Shown piece by piece: positions 1 to 13,202 of a DNA stretch of 64,000 bases. The first letter of the stretch is position 1, and every line of letters begins with the position of its first letter. Made by a program: the position numbers and the translations under genes. Source of the DNA: Podarcis gaigeae (Eukaryota); the NCBI GenBank assembly GCA_964106915.2, contig OZ066927.1; one strand, written 5' to 3'. The notes below the pieces were generated by a model, which was not told where the DNA came from, did not search any database, and saw only the letters and a program-made list of their open reading frames with translations.

Positions 1-229
1 ACACCAAGAGGGTGAGCAGACATGCCACTTCACTCCACCTGATACCTGCTCCAAACAAGAGTTTTCCCAATATATATCTACCCCAGCATCCAATGCCAGT
101 TGCAAATCTTTAATCTTTAAGTAGAAGGCCCATACAAGTCATACTACAGCCAATGGGTTAGAAACAGGCATATATACATCCTGCCAGACTAATCTTACCT
201 CATTTTTAAAAATTGGATTACTAGTGTAG

Positions 230-780
230 TAGATTGTTGGACTGCTGTGGACATAATTTATCTTGATTTCTGTAAAGCATTTGGCTACAACCCTCTTTAA
301 AAAAAGAAAAAGAAAGTACAGGTATAGGGAGGTAGGGAATATCTGGCTTAGCTACTGCAGAATATTATAGTTCAGCACAAGCTGAATATGTGTCAGCAGT
401 GTAATGTGGCTGCAAAAAGGTGGAGCTAATGCAATTTGCAGTTGAATGTTTAGAGAAACCTTCTGATGGTAAGAACAGTTTGTCAATGAAAGCAATGGTC
501 TAGAAGAGCAGGCTTTCAACCCTGGGACCCCAGATGTTATTGGACTACAACTCCGATCATCCCAGACCACTGGTCCTGCTAGCTAAGAATGGTGAGAGTT
601 GTAGTCCAAAATCATCTAGGGACCCAAGGTTGAGGAAAGGCTGATCTAGAGTGGTAGTGGGCTCTCTTTCACTGGGGTCTTCCAGCAGAAATTGGACTGG
701 CATCTGATGGGGATTTGGATTTGCTTGATTAGTCTAGATGCCGTGTATGCCCCTCTTCAACTTGCTGATTCTCTGAATCA
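230..780 (+). mobile_element. Degraded CR1 LINE remnants (RT fragment and 3' end), interrupted by a MITE
   Basis: Around 245-283 the sequence reads AVDIIYLDFCKAF (CR1 RT motif VD.IYLDF.KAFD). Around 376-430 it resembles the CR1 HKLNMSQQC..AAKKANAI segment. A CR1-like 3' end follows to ~780. Boundaries approximate. Confidence 0.6.
509..643. mobile_element. Short palindromic hAT-type MITE (ACTACAACTCCC family)
   Basis: CAG...CTG termini with internal inverted repeat ggactacaactc / gagttgtagtcc. More than 15 related copies occur in the window (e.g. 4314-4452, 7560-7686, 17445-17583, 20255-20393, 22385-22502, 27123-27258, 35410-35520). Confidence 0.7.
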
Positions 781-2876
781 AACATCAGCCATGTGAGACA
801 TCAATATGAACGTGCATGTGTATATGAATCAGCTAATAGAATTTTTTAACATGTCTGATGAAATTATTCTTTAAGTTTTTTTTAAAAAAATGGATATTAA
901 CCTAGCAGGGAGAAGAGTTCTAGTCAAGTCTGCTCCTTACCATTCTTATTTTATATGTTCAGGGATTTCTTCTTTTGATGGGGACCATTCAAACATACAT
1001 TTCCACCACCACATCTTACAGGTTCAACTGGTGCACTGTTGAACTATATATCTGAACCAGGACATCAAAATTATCTCCCAGTGAAATCAGTGAGACTTAT
1101 CTCCCAGTCAGGCTGTATAGGATTTAACATTTTTGGTACAAATTACAGCATTATCAACATTTACTTCCCTTCTGCCCTTAGCACCCTTGCTGTTCCCAAA
1201 GTACAATGCCATGTGTGCAAGAATCCCTCATGTGTACACTTTTCTGTATTCCCTGTTTCCTGGAAAGCTGATTCCCACCCCCATCCCTAAAATAAGCCAG
1301 ATGTCTCCTTAGCTGCCAAACCCAGGCAGTTCAAGATAGATGTTAAAGTCTGTCTTCCTGGCACTGAAGAGACTAATTGCATAGCCTAGGTGATGATCTT
1401 GGTTTCCCAGGAGAAGCAATCAAACTAAGCTCAAGGCAAGGAAAGAGAAAAAACACACACACTTGGTGGTTCTTTGTGTACTGAGAAGCAGAGCTGGCAG
1501 AAATTGTGGAAAAGGCGGAGGAAACCTTGAATCTTTGCCCTCTCTGTGGGCTCATAGATGCAGACACATAAATGTAGAGGCAGGTTAACATTTGCCGTTT
1601 GCGATACAGACCCCCGAGTGGTGTGTATGTGTATCTCCACACAAACATGCATCCATTTTGATTTGATAAAATCTTCATCAACATGAGAGATACTAGTCAA
1701 GCAACAGGTAAATCCATATCCCACATGTGACATGGTTTGGGGAAATAATTGTGACTCTTCCACTGACTACAGGCTGCAATAGATCTTTTGCAGGCTTCAT
1801 GGCAGGATCATGCAAACGTGTGTTAATGCTTTCAAACCCTTTTGAAGCTGGGAAAAGCTGTGAGAAGGGCTGGGCATTGTTGAGAAACCAGGTCTGTCTG
1901 CTTGTGTTGAAAGGACCACCCAGATAGATTTATATGGACCTAGCTCCAAGTGTGAGGATATGGTTATATTTAGTAATGTTAGACTTCCAACCTACATATC
2001 AGGAAATGGAGAGATCAAGTACAGCAACAATGGAGAGCATACATGCATCATGCGTTGGCAAGGGAGGTACAGTGTATATCACAGTAGGTGTTTAAATCAA
2101 CAGAGTCAATGCAGAAAAGGGAGAGTTAACAGCCAAATCCTATGTCGCTTCAATTCGTTTCTGCTGCTGTTAGCTGCAAGTTGAGTGGAACTATCAGAAC
2201 AGCAACCTGGTCGGGGGATTTGCACTTTCCTGTTGGTGCAAGGAAGGCAGCTGAGTCACTTTTCCCATTTGCATGGGAAAATATAACATATTACGTTTAT
2301 TAGATTAGAAACAACTTGGCAGGGAGAGAACTTTTTTTCACATTTCACAATAAAAGATGTTGAAGTCACTCACATTGAAGTATGTGTGCCTGTGTAAAAG
2401 ACATTGCAAATTTGTTTTCATAGTGTGCAGATGACTGCAACATGTTTTTAAAAAGTGCAGGATGCACCAGTTCTGACCAGAGGCCCCATTCCTGATTTCC
2501 AGTGGTCTTCCACTCCACCCGACCTCACAGACTGGACTGGAGCCTCTTCGTTGTCTCTGAACTGCCACAATAGCTTCTCCCCTTGTCTCAAAGGGTTGTT
2601 TCCTCCTCCTCTTCTTCTTGTGGTGTGGGCCATTAACGGAGACTGGAAGACTCCTGAGGGACAGGGTTAGCCAGCAGAGCACAATTGCACAACCTTCTTT
2701 AAAGGGAAGCTGTCCAAAAATATTGCGGTTTAAGCATCAACTAACTGCATTACTTGCCAGGGATTTTCAAAGCCAAATTGGGCATCATCTGATGTCATCC
2801 CAAGAGCCTCTCCGCTGTCTTCATGGGCCTTCTGCCTGTTATATACAATTCACCAAGGTCACCTTCTCTTCTCCAG

Positions 2877-3054
2877 TGCTCCTCAACTTGTGGGAAAGGC
2901 CTTCAGTCCCGCGTGGTACAGTGCATGCACAAGGTCACAGGTCGCCATGGCAATGAATGCCCTGTCCTCTCCAAGCCTGCAGCCTACCGACAGTGTCACC
3001 AAGAGGCCTGTAACGAGAAGATCAACGTGAACACAATTACCTCACCAAGACTTG
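2877..3054 (+). CDS. ADAMTS17: ADAMTS17 penultimate coding exon (C-terminal thrombospondin type-1 repeat)
   Basis: Acceptor ttctcttctccag ends at 2876; donor G|gtaagt at 3054/3055. Encodes [59 protein letters not shown], matching ADAMTS17. Ends in phase 1, compatible with the next exon. Confidence 0.96.
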
Positions 3055-4903
3055 GTAAGTATGGCTGCATTTGTCACCCTAAAGAAACAAACTCTGAAGC
3101 TAGCGACCATTCTCCAATGACTTTGTGTTGATGTGTAGAGTGTCAGAACAGGTATGGCTCAGCAGAGCTGCACAGCAGGGTTAAAAGCATCTCAGAGGAT
3201 GGGCCATTTTGATCAGGAAAACTGCACCCCTCCGCTACTGATGCTATTCTGATTAAGCCCATCTCTGTCCCGACAGCATTACTCTGACTGGAGCCCCCAA
3301 CCCTGCTTAAAAGTGAAGAAAAGCAGCAGGAGATTCAATAACGGCATGTTTTGTAACATCAAGTTTATTTTAGTTATTTTTTATTTCACAATATTTATAT
3401 GCCACTTGAAACCTCAAAGCAGTTTGCAAAAAGGGGGGGGACAACATTAAATTATCAGCAAAAAAAAAAAATCCCAGTTAAAAACAAATATTTAAAGCAG
3501 TCAAAAATTAAATAAAAAATAATAATAAATAGATTATATATATAACAAAAAATATAAAAATATATAATAAATAAATAATCCGCTATAAGCTAAAACCACA
3601 TTGAAATACTGGGATAGATTGTACATGTCTGGATAGACTTATTCAGCCACACCAAGTATATTTATATATTTATTTTATTTCACGTGTATATATGTACCAC
3701 TTGATTGTAATAAAACCTCAAAGCAGTTTACAAAAATAATAAAACAATAAAAGTAGCCTTTAAAAAAGCATTTGAAAGTGGCTATTCAGAACCTTCAAAA
3801 AAAGATGCCTGCTGTTCGGCCTTGATTAAATGCAATTAACATGTCTAGGGGTTCCCCCTTTCTAAACAATGTCCATGGAAGGGTGGGGGAACCAGACTGG
3901 AAGCCACAGGCAAAGGGGGAGTGAAGGGTCATATCTTTCGTTTCTTCCACTGAAGTCCTGATGAAGCACCCCACCCCTGAAATCACTACTACTCCCAGGA
4001 GGAAAGTTTTTGTCTAGTTGATCCTCCTGACACATGTGGATTCCCTCTTCTGTGAGAAGGAAACATTTGGCCTTAATTTGGAAAATGTCCACTTCAAATA
4101 TTTCCCATGTATGATAAGTGGGAGGTCCCTGGGTATACAGTGCTCTGAACAAACATTTTTAAACGTGCCTGCTAATTGCGAGGGCTACAAACTTGTGTTT
4201 AAAAAAACAAAGCACACACACAAGTGAAAATGAAGGTTCCCAGGAAGTCAAGTACGGAAGTAAACACCCACCCTAGTTTGCCAGGTCTTAGCATGGTGCT
4301 CATGAGTGTATATCAGGAGTGAGGAACCTTTGGCTCGCTAGAAGTTGCTGGAGTACAACTCCCATCAGCCCTAGCAAGCATGGCCGATGGCCAGGAGTGA
4401 TAGGAGAACGTCATTCAGCAACTCCTGCAGGGCCAAAGATCTCCCACACCTGCTGTATATTATAAAGCTCTGAGAAGAGATTCAGCCAGGGCACCTCCTG
4501 CATCGCTGGTCTGTGCCACCACCTTCCTCCCAGATCAGTAAAGCGAGCCTCTATGTTTACCTGGCACCAGTATGAGAGAAGGGGTAGTGGAAAGGACTGG
4601 TGGAGGAGCAGCTTCAGACCCTCCCAACCTTAGACTCTGTATATTTCATGAGAGCTATGGCAGCAGCACTGGGCCTGTGTGAAGTGGTTCAAGTTTCCCA
4701 GCAGCTATGACTTACTAGGCAGCCTTAGGCAAGCTACAGGGTGACGAGGTGGAGATGGGGGAGAAATGTGATCCAGCTGGTATTTAAAAGCAAATCTACC
4801 TAATTTTCTCTTTCCATAACAAGATGAGAACAGAAACGCTCCCATCCTTCAAAATTCACAATTCTCCTAATTTTGCCATGCACTTCTCCAATCAAGTACT
4901 GTA

Positions 4904-5136
4904 CAGTGGTACCTCGGTTTTCGAACGTAATCCGTTCCAGAAGACCATTTGAGTTCTGAAACTTTCAAAAACTGAAAACTCAATAGCTGACAGCCAGGCC
5001 TCAGGATCTTGCACTCAGTGGTAGCAACGTGGCATGTTCAACTTCCGAAGCGTGTTTGAAAACCAAAGCATTTACGGCATTATTCGAAAACTGAAATGTT
5101 CATCAAAGGAGACGTTCGAAAACCGAGGTACCACTG
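4904..5136. mobile_element. Tc1/mariner (Tigger-like) MITE
   Basis: Perfect 25-bp TIR (CAGTGGTACCTCGGTTTTCGAACGT / ACGTTCGAAAACCGAGGTACCACTG) flanked by TA on both sides. It sits inside an older repeat (~4800-5340) related to 21090-21510. Confidence 0.9.
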
Positions 5137-5557
5137 TAATGTGTTCAAAAATGCACGTGGCAGTGAAAATTATGCAAAAAACTGCATTATATTAGGGAAA
5201 GTTGCTTTACAAGAATGTGTACAACGAGGAAAGCACCACAATAAAATCCTGACAAATTTCCATGAGGGTTCTTTAATAAATGAATAAATAAATCTCAAAC
5301 AGATGTCAACTACTGAACTTAAGACTGGGACAAATAAGAGATACAGAAAGGATCAGCTGTGCCCAGCTATTCCTCTGCATGACTGTTAGCCCTAGTGCAT
5401 GCAGGGGGCATCCACGCTCCAGAGCCTTAATCATTCTGGCCTGCCTTCCAAGTTTGTTGTAAAGTTTATTCAGGTGCTGTGTTTGAAGTTAATTTAAGCA
5501 CACAGGGAAAACATGGCCCATAGTTCAGGCCCCAGTTAAAATGACTTGGGGTAAGAG

Positions 5558-5807
5558 CAGGTGTCAGCAAACGTTTTCAGCAGGGGGCCGGTCCGCTGTC
5601 CCTCAGACCTTATGGGGGGCCAAACTATATTTTGAAAAAAACAACGAACAAATTCCTATGCCCCGCAAATAACCCCCACATGCATTTTAAATAAAAACAC
5701 ACGTTCTACTCATGTAAAAACACACTGATTCCGGGACCGTCCACGGGCTGGATTTAGAAGGTGATTGGGCTGGATCCGGCTCCCGGGCCTTAGTTTGCCT
5801 ACCTACG
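5558..5807. mobile_element. hAT non-autonomous element
   Basis: Exact 8-bp target-site duplication GGTAAGAG at 5550-5557 and 5808-5815; imperfect CAGG-type termini. Confidence 0.8.
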
Positions 5808-6032
5808 GGTAAGAGGGCTGGGAGGAAACCCTCAAAAACCGCTGCCAGTCAGAATACCAGGCTAGATGAGCTAATTGTCTGGGCTCCAGATAAGGCAGTT
5901 TTTATATGTTCATAAATACAGAGTATTGTGGGTTGTGTAAACCTTTCCCTGTGATCCCAGCCCCTTCCCCAGAAAACCTTTTCTCTCTTTTTTCTCTCTC
6001 TCTCCCTCCTACCCCACATTATATTCCAAAAG

Positions 6033-6184
6033 CTGCTCTGACCTACAAGTGCACAGGCGACCAGTGGATGGTATACTGTCGCGTGATTCGGGAGAAAAAT
6101 CTCTGCCAGGACATGAGGTGGTATCAGCGCTGTTGCCAGACCTGCAGAGACTTCTATGCAAGCAAGATGCAACTGAAAAGTTAA
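6033..6184 (+). CDS. ADAMTS17: ADAMTS17 last coding exon (PLAC domain)
   Basis: Pyrimidine tract then AG at 6031-6032. The phase-1 junction G|CT gives Ala, then [52 protein letters not shown], matching the ADAMTS17 C-terminus. Confidence 0.97.
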
Positions 6185-6239
6185 TGACACCCGCCTTTTG
6201 CTCCTTTAGGGTATTACAGCTCCTATGTACTGCTTCATA

Positions 6240-6550
6240 CAAAATGTGTCATTAACTTATGGAACTGCCTGCCACAAGATAGTGGCAATAGCTTAGATGG
6301 CTTTTTTTTTCTTTTTCTTTTAAGGATTAGACAAAATTCATGGGGGGGGATAGGTCTGTCAATAGCTAAACAGCCATGACAGCAAAATGGAACCCCCCCC
6401 CCAAATGCACAGAGGCAGTCTACCTCTGAATGCCAGATGCTGGTGACCAACAACAGGGGATGGCCATTTCTACCAGGCACCAGCTCCACCTGGCTGGCCA
6501 CTGTTAAAATGTCAAAATGCTTGAATAGATGGACCTTGGCCCAGTGCAGC
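6240..6550 (+). mobile_element. CR1 LINE 3' end fragment just after the ADAMTS17 stop codon
   Basis: ttaacttatggaactgcctgccacaaga...ttagatggcttt...ggattagacaaa.ttcatgg is typical of squamate CR1 3' ends. A related copy lies at ~10400-10650. Confidence 0.6.
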
Positions 6551-9500
6551 CAGGAAAAGTTGCAAGCTTGAGGGTAAGCTGCCTACCAGATCTTCAGCAA
6601 GCCACTCAGACTTGGTGGATTCCAACGCTTACCTAATAGGACTTGAAACTCCTTTTGCAGACCGGATGAACCAAAGCAATCCACGACTGAAAAAGAGAAA
6701 GAAAGAAAAATTCGTCTCCAAGCCAATCCTAGAGATTTTTATGATGTTTTGACATTGCGACTCCCCCCCCGCCCCCCCGCCCCAGTAATATATAGATTAT
6801 TTCCAGCCACTGGATGGCTTGCTACCATTTTCCTTTACTTAAAAAAAAAGGAAAAGATTTGAAAAGTGATTAAATTGACTAAAGTTACATGTACCTCAAC
6901 AGGGTAAGCCTCTGGCAAATAACTCAGTGTAGATAGAGACATTACTTAATGCTTCAGCCTTTGGCTTCTGCGTTCCATTCCCAGCCCGAAAGTGCGGGCC
7001 GAGGCCGGGTGGCTTGAAAGCAAGAACCATTAATGAAATGCTTAATTTTTTTTTTTTAAAAAAGAGGCATTGCTAGGAAAGCTCCTGAAAGCCAAACAGC
7101 AGTGGATGAACGCATCTGAAATCTCTGCAGAAAGCTCGCCACAGCTGCTGCCAGCATTCCACTGAATATAATTTTAAAGGAGTGAAAAGAAGAAGAAAAA
7201 CGAATCAAGGGCCGACATTCCGCTTCCTCTCTGCCAACATATATTCTCTTTTGCCTTGTTTTTGTTTTTTTTATTAAGGTGCTTTATTTATCCAGTGTTG
7301 CAATACATAAATAGAAGACGACTGTAACGATCCCAGGAGACCCAGTTCAACTCAAAATGCTTCATAACTCTACAGTGGTAATCAAGTTCAATCGTGAAGT
7401 TTTCCATCAGACCAGTTTCAGTAGCCCAGCTGAGCTGCATAGAAACATGCCTGGCCCACTGCACCCACCACTGCAGCTGCATAATGAACCTTCACATGTG
7501 GCACAGAAATTTCAGTGGAAGGGTCAGCGCTAAGCACTGAAAGCAAGTTTTTATGTCTGGCATGGGGAACCTGTGGCTCTCTGGAGGTTGTTGGACTCCA
7601 ATCTCTATCAGTCTCAGTCATCAGGTCAGGGAAGGTAAGAGCTTTAGTCCAGTAACATCTGGAAAGCCACAGGTTCCCATTCCTGTGCTGCCTATTATTT
7701 TGAAACGAGTCCGGACATCTATGTGGCGATCACAGTATTAGAATTGATGTGTTGAATTTGGGGGACAGGGGTTAGCAAGAAGAGGGGTTAAATCTTCTCG
7801 GCTCTGTTATTTTGGGAGAGAATCCTTACTTTATCTCTTTCTGGGCAGAAGGCATATCCCTGTTTCTCTTCTTCCACACCCACACTCCAGTTTGGACATC
7901 ATTTATCATTTCCGATCTGGACCAATGGGGTAGTGCCACAGAGCTGCCCTCCCAACAGCGTCATTGATGTTACAGCTCACCTGGATGGTGCAGAGGCAGG
8001 ACAGGGCTGTGGGAAAGACCCAGCACAGCATCACCAGCACAGCCAATCTGGTTCTCCTACTGCGGTGCTGAACCTTGCTGCTGTCCCACCCCACCAGCCC
8101 TCACACTGTTCAGATAAGCAGCAGCGACACCACTGCTGGGAGGACAGCTCTACCCCACCGCCCCAGCCACTCCTGCATTCAGTGGTGGGAATCTTTTCTC
8201 CCTCTCTCTCCAAAGAAATAAAATGGAGTAGAAATGTCATTTCTGAGGGTTGCTGTGGAAGACCGATGCAGTTCAGACATTACCTTTCACAGGCTCTATG
8301 GCAAGCAGTGCTGTAAGCAGAGAGAAGCATTGCCGCTTTCATGGGTGTGCTGATTTAAACATGCTCTGTTAAACAAAGCGCATTCAGGTCAGATGTTTGC
8401 ATCTCCAGCCACAGTGCTGAAGATTAAGCTGTGAATCTCCACCTCAACACCTTCGCTACGGTGACAAGTAGGTAGCAAATGGGAGGCTGTGCTCCATGAA
8501 GCCACTCTGTCCTCTGCAACTCTGTTGACTTGACAGCCAAGTTCATATTAGGACATTCTGACACCCCTAATACAGAAATGGCCCCGAGTTGAAATCAGAA
8601 CTCACAAAGATCCCTGGATGTGCAGTCAGACATGCATTTTGTTTTTGTTTTTAAAAAAGTTCATCCTATGAAAAGACATTGAAATCAATCTACTACACAA
8701 ATTGTTTTTTTTTTAAAAAAAAAAAAACCCTCAGGCATGGCAGATGTCGGACAATGAACTGGGTTTTCCAGAGTACGGACCTGGGATCTTATCAAGATGA
8801 AAATAAAGATAATGGTGCTCGAAAATTCAGGACCAGCTTCTAACCCTTCTCAAGGCAGTGGGAATGTTTGGATCAAAAGGAGCTTATTCACTCGCTGAGC
8901 TCCATTGGTGCTAGCCTGCTTCTGTATTATCAGGTTGTTTGTGGGGCAGGGTTCTTTATTCTTTATTCTTTATACATATATTTACAGGCAGGGCTGCAAT
9001 GATGACTTGGCAGCCATATGCAAAGACACTGTGTAGTCTTGGTGGTGAGCCTACTACATCCTTCCCCAACTGCCTACCCTCCTGTTGTTTTTGACTACAA
9101 CTCCCATCAGCTGTGCTCCTATCAGTCCCCAGCATCATATGACTGTGCTGACTGGGGCTGATGGAAGTTGTAGTCTAAAACTTCCCTAAGATGGGGAAAG
9201 CTTACACATTTTGGATTGGATCCATTGCTAGACCTACTCAAGAGTACACCCACTGAAATGAATAGACATGATAACTAACTTAGGCACATTACTTTCAGTG
9301 GGCCTCCTCTGAGGTAGGCTAACATTGGCTACAACCCTTTGTTTCTTGTCTAGCTTATGGGAGATAACCTCAGATCTAATCCAGAGAGTTTGTGTTGGAT
9401 TGGGACCAATTGGACATTGGCTGATTGATGGTGTACACAAGTCTCATTGGTGAGTGACTGTTGTAGGAACCCGCTCGGAGTTACTTCTGAATAAACATGC

Positions 9501-12078
9501 TTAGGACTGCACTTTACTGGGAGACTTGGGTTCAAATCCCTCCTCAGCCTGGAAGCTCACTTGGTGGTCTTGGGGAAGTCAACCTAAACAGGGTTGTTGT
9601 GAGGTTACAATAAAACAACCTGACTTCCACTACTCTGTGAGCTTCCGAGACGAGGAATAGGTGATAAAGGTAATATATTCCACCACCACCACCCCGCAAA
9701 AAAATAAAAATAAAAATTTGCCCAACTTTCTCTGGATTCTATCAAATTTCTGTACAGTGTAGCTACTAATTATCCAATCCAGTTTATCTTGCTGAGTTCA
9801 CTTGGTGTTGTAGTAGTGCTTTTGGCCTGTTAAATGTCTTTATAGTGTTCCTTATTCTCCTCCTCAAGATCAATCATAGAAAGACATTCAGACTGCATTT
9901 CAGGCCTCTTTGCTGGTGTCTCCTAGATGTTATGGCTACATCTAGGAAACTGTTCATGAACGAACCAAACCAACATACTAAGGCGATCCCTGGTCAGATG
10001 CTTCTAGTAAAATGATCATCCCATCCTCATTCTGCTTCTGCTCTGTGAGATCAGGCCCATCCCAGGCTGATAGCCTGCCTGTACCCTACGGAGTGCCAGT
10101 GTTGTGCCAGGGTTCCTTTCAGACCCTAACCCAGCAGTTCTGTGCTGTGAAAAAGTCTTGTTTGGGATGGAGTGGGTAGCAGGCCGGCCTTTGTGCTAAG
10201 AGGACTGGCAGAGAAGCTTCAACTCATTTCCATCACTTTGGCACTGGTCCGAATAGCCAGACCTCATCAGCTAGCTCACAGCATCATGGCTTAGGCTGCA
10301 ATCAAAAGAGCCATGATCCTGCATGCTGAAGGTATCTTTTGCCTTGCACTATGAAATGCCAACCTTGCAGATAAAGAGACTGGGTTGTATGACTGAGAAT
10401 TAGTTTAGATGGCTTTTTTTTAAAAGGGTGTAGACAAATCCATGAGAGCTAGGGCCTAATTGGTGCTAGCAACAATTGCTAATGGAGCCTCTGTACACAG
10501 AAGCAGTGTACCTTTAAATATTTTGTGCTGGGGATAAACAACATGGAAAGGGTAGCCCCTTCAAGGCACAGATGGTGTGCCTTCTTGGAGGATCACTGGA
10601 AACAGAACGCTAGGCTAGGTCTTCCTTTGACCCAACATGCCACTCTTACACTTATGCTGTATAGCAGGGATGGAGGACTTGTGGTTTTCCCAGTGCAAGT
10701 TGGACTCTATAATTTCCACCAGTCCCAGCCCAGCATGCCTAACAGGCAGGAAAGATGAGCAATTGAGTCTAGCAACATCTAGAGTGTCACGGGCATGGAA
10801 GCCAACTCCTAGTGGTTGAGGCCCCTTCAGTCCCCTCCAATAAAATATTAGAGGGGCTTAGTTGAAGAGCATTGCTGTTCAAATGGTTTGTGTGTGCTGT
10901 GTCATGTGATGGATTATGCAGGACGGGGCTTACCTGCCCCCCAATATTTTATTCAAGTTGGCACCCCTGGCCATGGGTTCCCACCATCCCTGCTGTACAG
11001 TTAATTAAGTGCTTGAAACTGAGGGCAGTTTCCAAAATGGTTGCTGAGATGGTGCTAGGGTTTGTTCAAGTAAAATTTGGTTTTGAAAAAGTCTGGTGGG
11101 CCATTGCAAGATCTGAAGCAAGGCTGAAGTTCACAACATTTTCTTCTTCACCTTCCGTCTCCTAAACCAGTCCTATTGCCCATCTCCCCATTAAACGCAC
11201 AGATCTTTTGTCATGTCATTGTGTTTTCCCTTGCACAACCATCTTCCAGCAGTGCAGCAAGTATGCCAGTAAGTGACTTTAATCCTATATTGGATGCAAC
11301 CTATTTTCGTGTTGTTGTTTTTTAATTTACCAAGTTTTCTTGGGAAAAGGAAAATCCAGATTACCGTAAATGGGGAGTACAGGCTGCCATTTTGATGCCA
11401 GCAATGTTGTGTGTACACTGCAATTAATATGGGTGCATGAGGAGCATCAATGCCACATCAAGCACCCACATACAGTGGCTGTGGCTTCTTCATCTGTACT
11501 TACTGTGTAGGCACCTGTTGGTTTCAGTGTAGCTACAGCAACGCCTTTGTTTTGCTCCCTTTGAGCCCAGCCCTCTTGGATTACAAGGGTAGGAATCCCA
11601 TTGTCTAAAATCCATTTTCTATGTGCTGCTTTTAAGTACTGTACATTTGTAATTGCACAAGTTGTCACATACGGAGTGTAGATTCTCATTATCATATGGT
11701 GCTATCTTTTTGTCTTTTGTCTATATGATTTTTTAAAACAAACAAACAAACACCTTTGCAGTTGGATACTGATATTTTATTCTAATGCAAGGTAATAATA
11801 CCGTGTTACGTTTTTCAATACCAAGTGCAAAAAATGTGTGTGTGTATAGATATAGATATATTTCCCAGTAATTAATTTCCATATGAACTGTAGCCATTGG
11901 TAATATTTCTAATTCCTTGCCCCCCCTACTCTGGTGCTGTAAACAAATAATAATAATAATAATAATTCCAGTAAAGCTTAATGCAACAAATTGTAAATTA
12001 AAAGAGATCATTCCAATCTGGGGATTTTTTTTAAAGGTTCAACATGTATAAGATAATAACAGCAGCAATAACAACAAT

Positions 12079-12084
12079 AATAAA
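12079..12084 (+). terminator. Candidate ADAMTS17 distal polyadenylation signal
   Basis: AATAAA followed by U-rich sequence at the end of the AU-rich block. Confidence 0.5.
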
Positions 12085-12448
12085 TGTATTTTTTCCATAA
12101 TAATTGCAAGTCTTGCTTTTACCTGTATCATGCAGACCTGAGTTGCTTCTGGATAGCTTGCTCTGTTGGCACCATGATCCTAAACTCATACTTGCTTTCT
12201 TTTGTGCAGAGCAAGTCAGTTCAACTGCATTTCCACCAGGCCAAAATTGTATTTAGCAGTGGCCTCATGGGCAGCCACAATTAAGGCTGCAGAATCCATA
12301 ACCCACACAAGCCAATGGAACATGATGTGTTATGTGTCATCATTGGCAACATCTGAAAAAGCATGGACTAAATGGCCCTTTGACTGCTGCAGCCCCACCA
12401 GAATATCAGGAAATGAAATCACTTCCTCTGGGTCCTAGCCCCTCTCTA

Positions 12449-12671
12449 CAGTCATACCTCATGTTGCGTCCGCTTCAGGTTGTGTGTTTTCATCTTGTGT
12501 CTCACGGCAACCTGGAAGTAGTGGAACAAGTTGCTTCTGGGTTTTGACGCTCGTGCATGCACAGAAGCTCTAAATCCCGGCACGTGCAGACGTGGCGCTT
12601 CTGGATGCGAAGGCTTCGAGTTGCGGACGTGCCTCCAGGACGGATTATGCCCGCAACTTGAGGTTCCACTG
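12449..12671. mobile_element. Tc1/mariner (Tigger-like) MITE, second family
   Basis: TA|CAGTCATACCTCATGTTGCG ... CGCAACTTGAGGTTCCACTG|TA, an imperfect TIR pair. Same family as 53431-53685. Confidence 0.75.
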
Positions 12672-12753
12672 TAATTGTTATGATGGGGCTCAATTTGCCT
12701 GGGGAGTCAGTTGCCAACTGCCCCACAGGCTCAAGCCAGTGTGCTCTGCACAT

Positions 12754-12920
12754 TAGTGGTTAGAGCATCTGCTTTGCATGCACAAGGTCCCAGGTTCAAT
12801 CCCTGGCATCTTCAAGTAGAGCTGGGAGAGACCCTCTGCATGAAATGCTGGAGAGCCTCTGCCAGTCAGCATAGAGCTGGAGGGACCATTGGCCTGACTT
12901 GTTTTAGGTAGCTTCCTGTA
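12754..12920 (+). mobile_element. tRNA-derived SINE (Squam2-like)
   Basis: Pol III A/B-box-like head (tagtggttagagcatctgctttgcatg...ggttcaatccc) followed by a shared body ending ggcagcttccta. Related copies at ~15337-15470, 28731-28900, 31641-31800, 42484-42750 and 63720-63860. Confidence 0.7.
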
Positions 12921-13202
12921 CTTTTATTGAGGCAGTAAAGCACAGTGAAGACTGTTGGTGCTGGCACAGCTGCAAGGCCCTTGTAACAGCCAGAGATGAA
13001 CCAAAAGTGGGGCATGGGGAGTGGCAACACCCTGAAGAATATTACTGCTCAGGCCAAGAGAGACTGGAGATGACTCTTCTCCCACAAACCCAATGCTGCA
13101 ATCAAACTGTATGTACTCAAAACTCTAGTTACCAACTGAGCACCAAGTGGCAACACTCAGAGCCAAAACAGACCACTGGAGAGGCTACGTGGGAACAGGG
13201 TA

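Larger units (their letters stand above)
6185..12105 (+). other. ADAMTS17: Putative long ADAMTS17 3'UTR
   Basis: AU-rich terminal block (11600-12090) ending in AATAAA at 12079-12084, plus six miR-29 seed matches between 8813 and 11938. Earlier AATAAA hexamers exist (~8802, ~9609), so the end point is inferred. Confidence 0.55.

Noticed and set aside
7906-8316. Overlapping ORFs (127 aa on +; 62 aa on - with a hydrophobic stretch)
   Set aside because: Non-ATG starts, no known domain or convincing splice context, and they lie within the inferred ADAMTS17 3'UTR.
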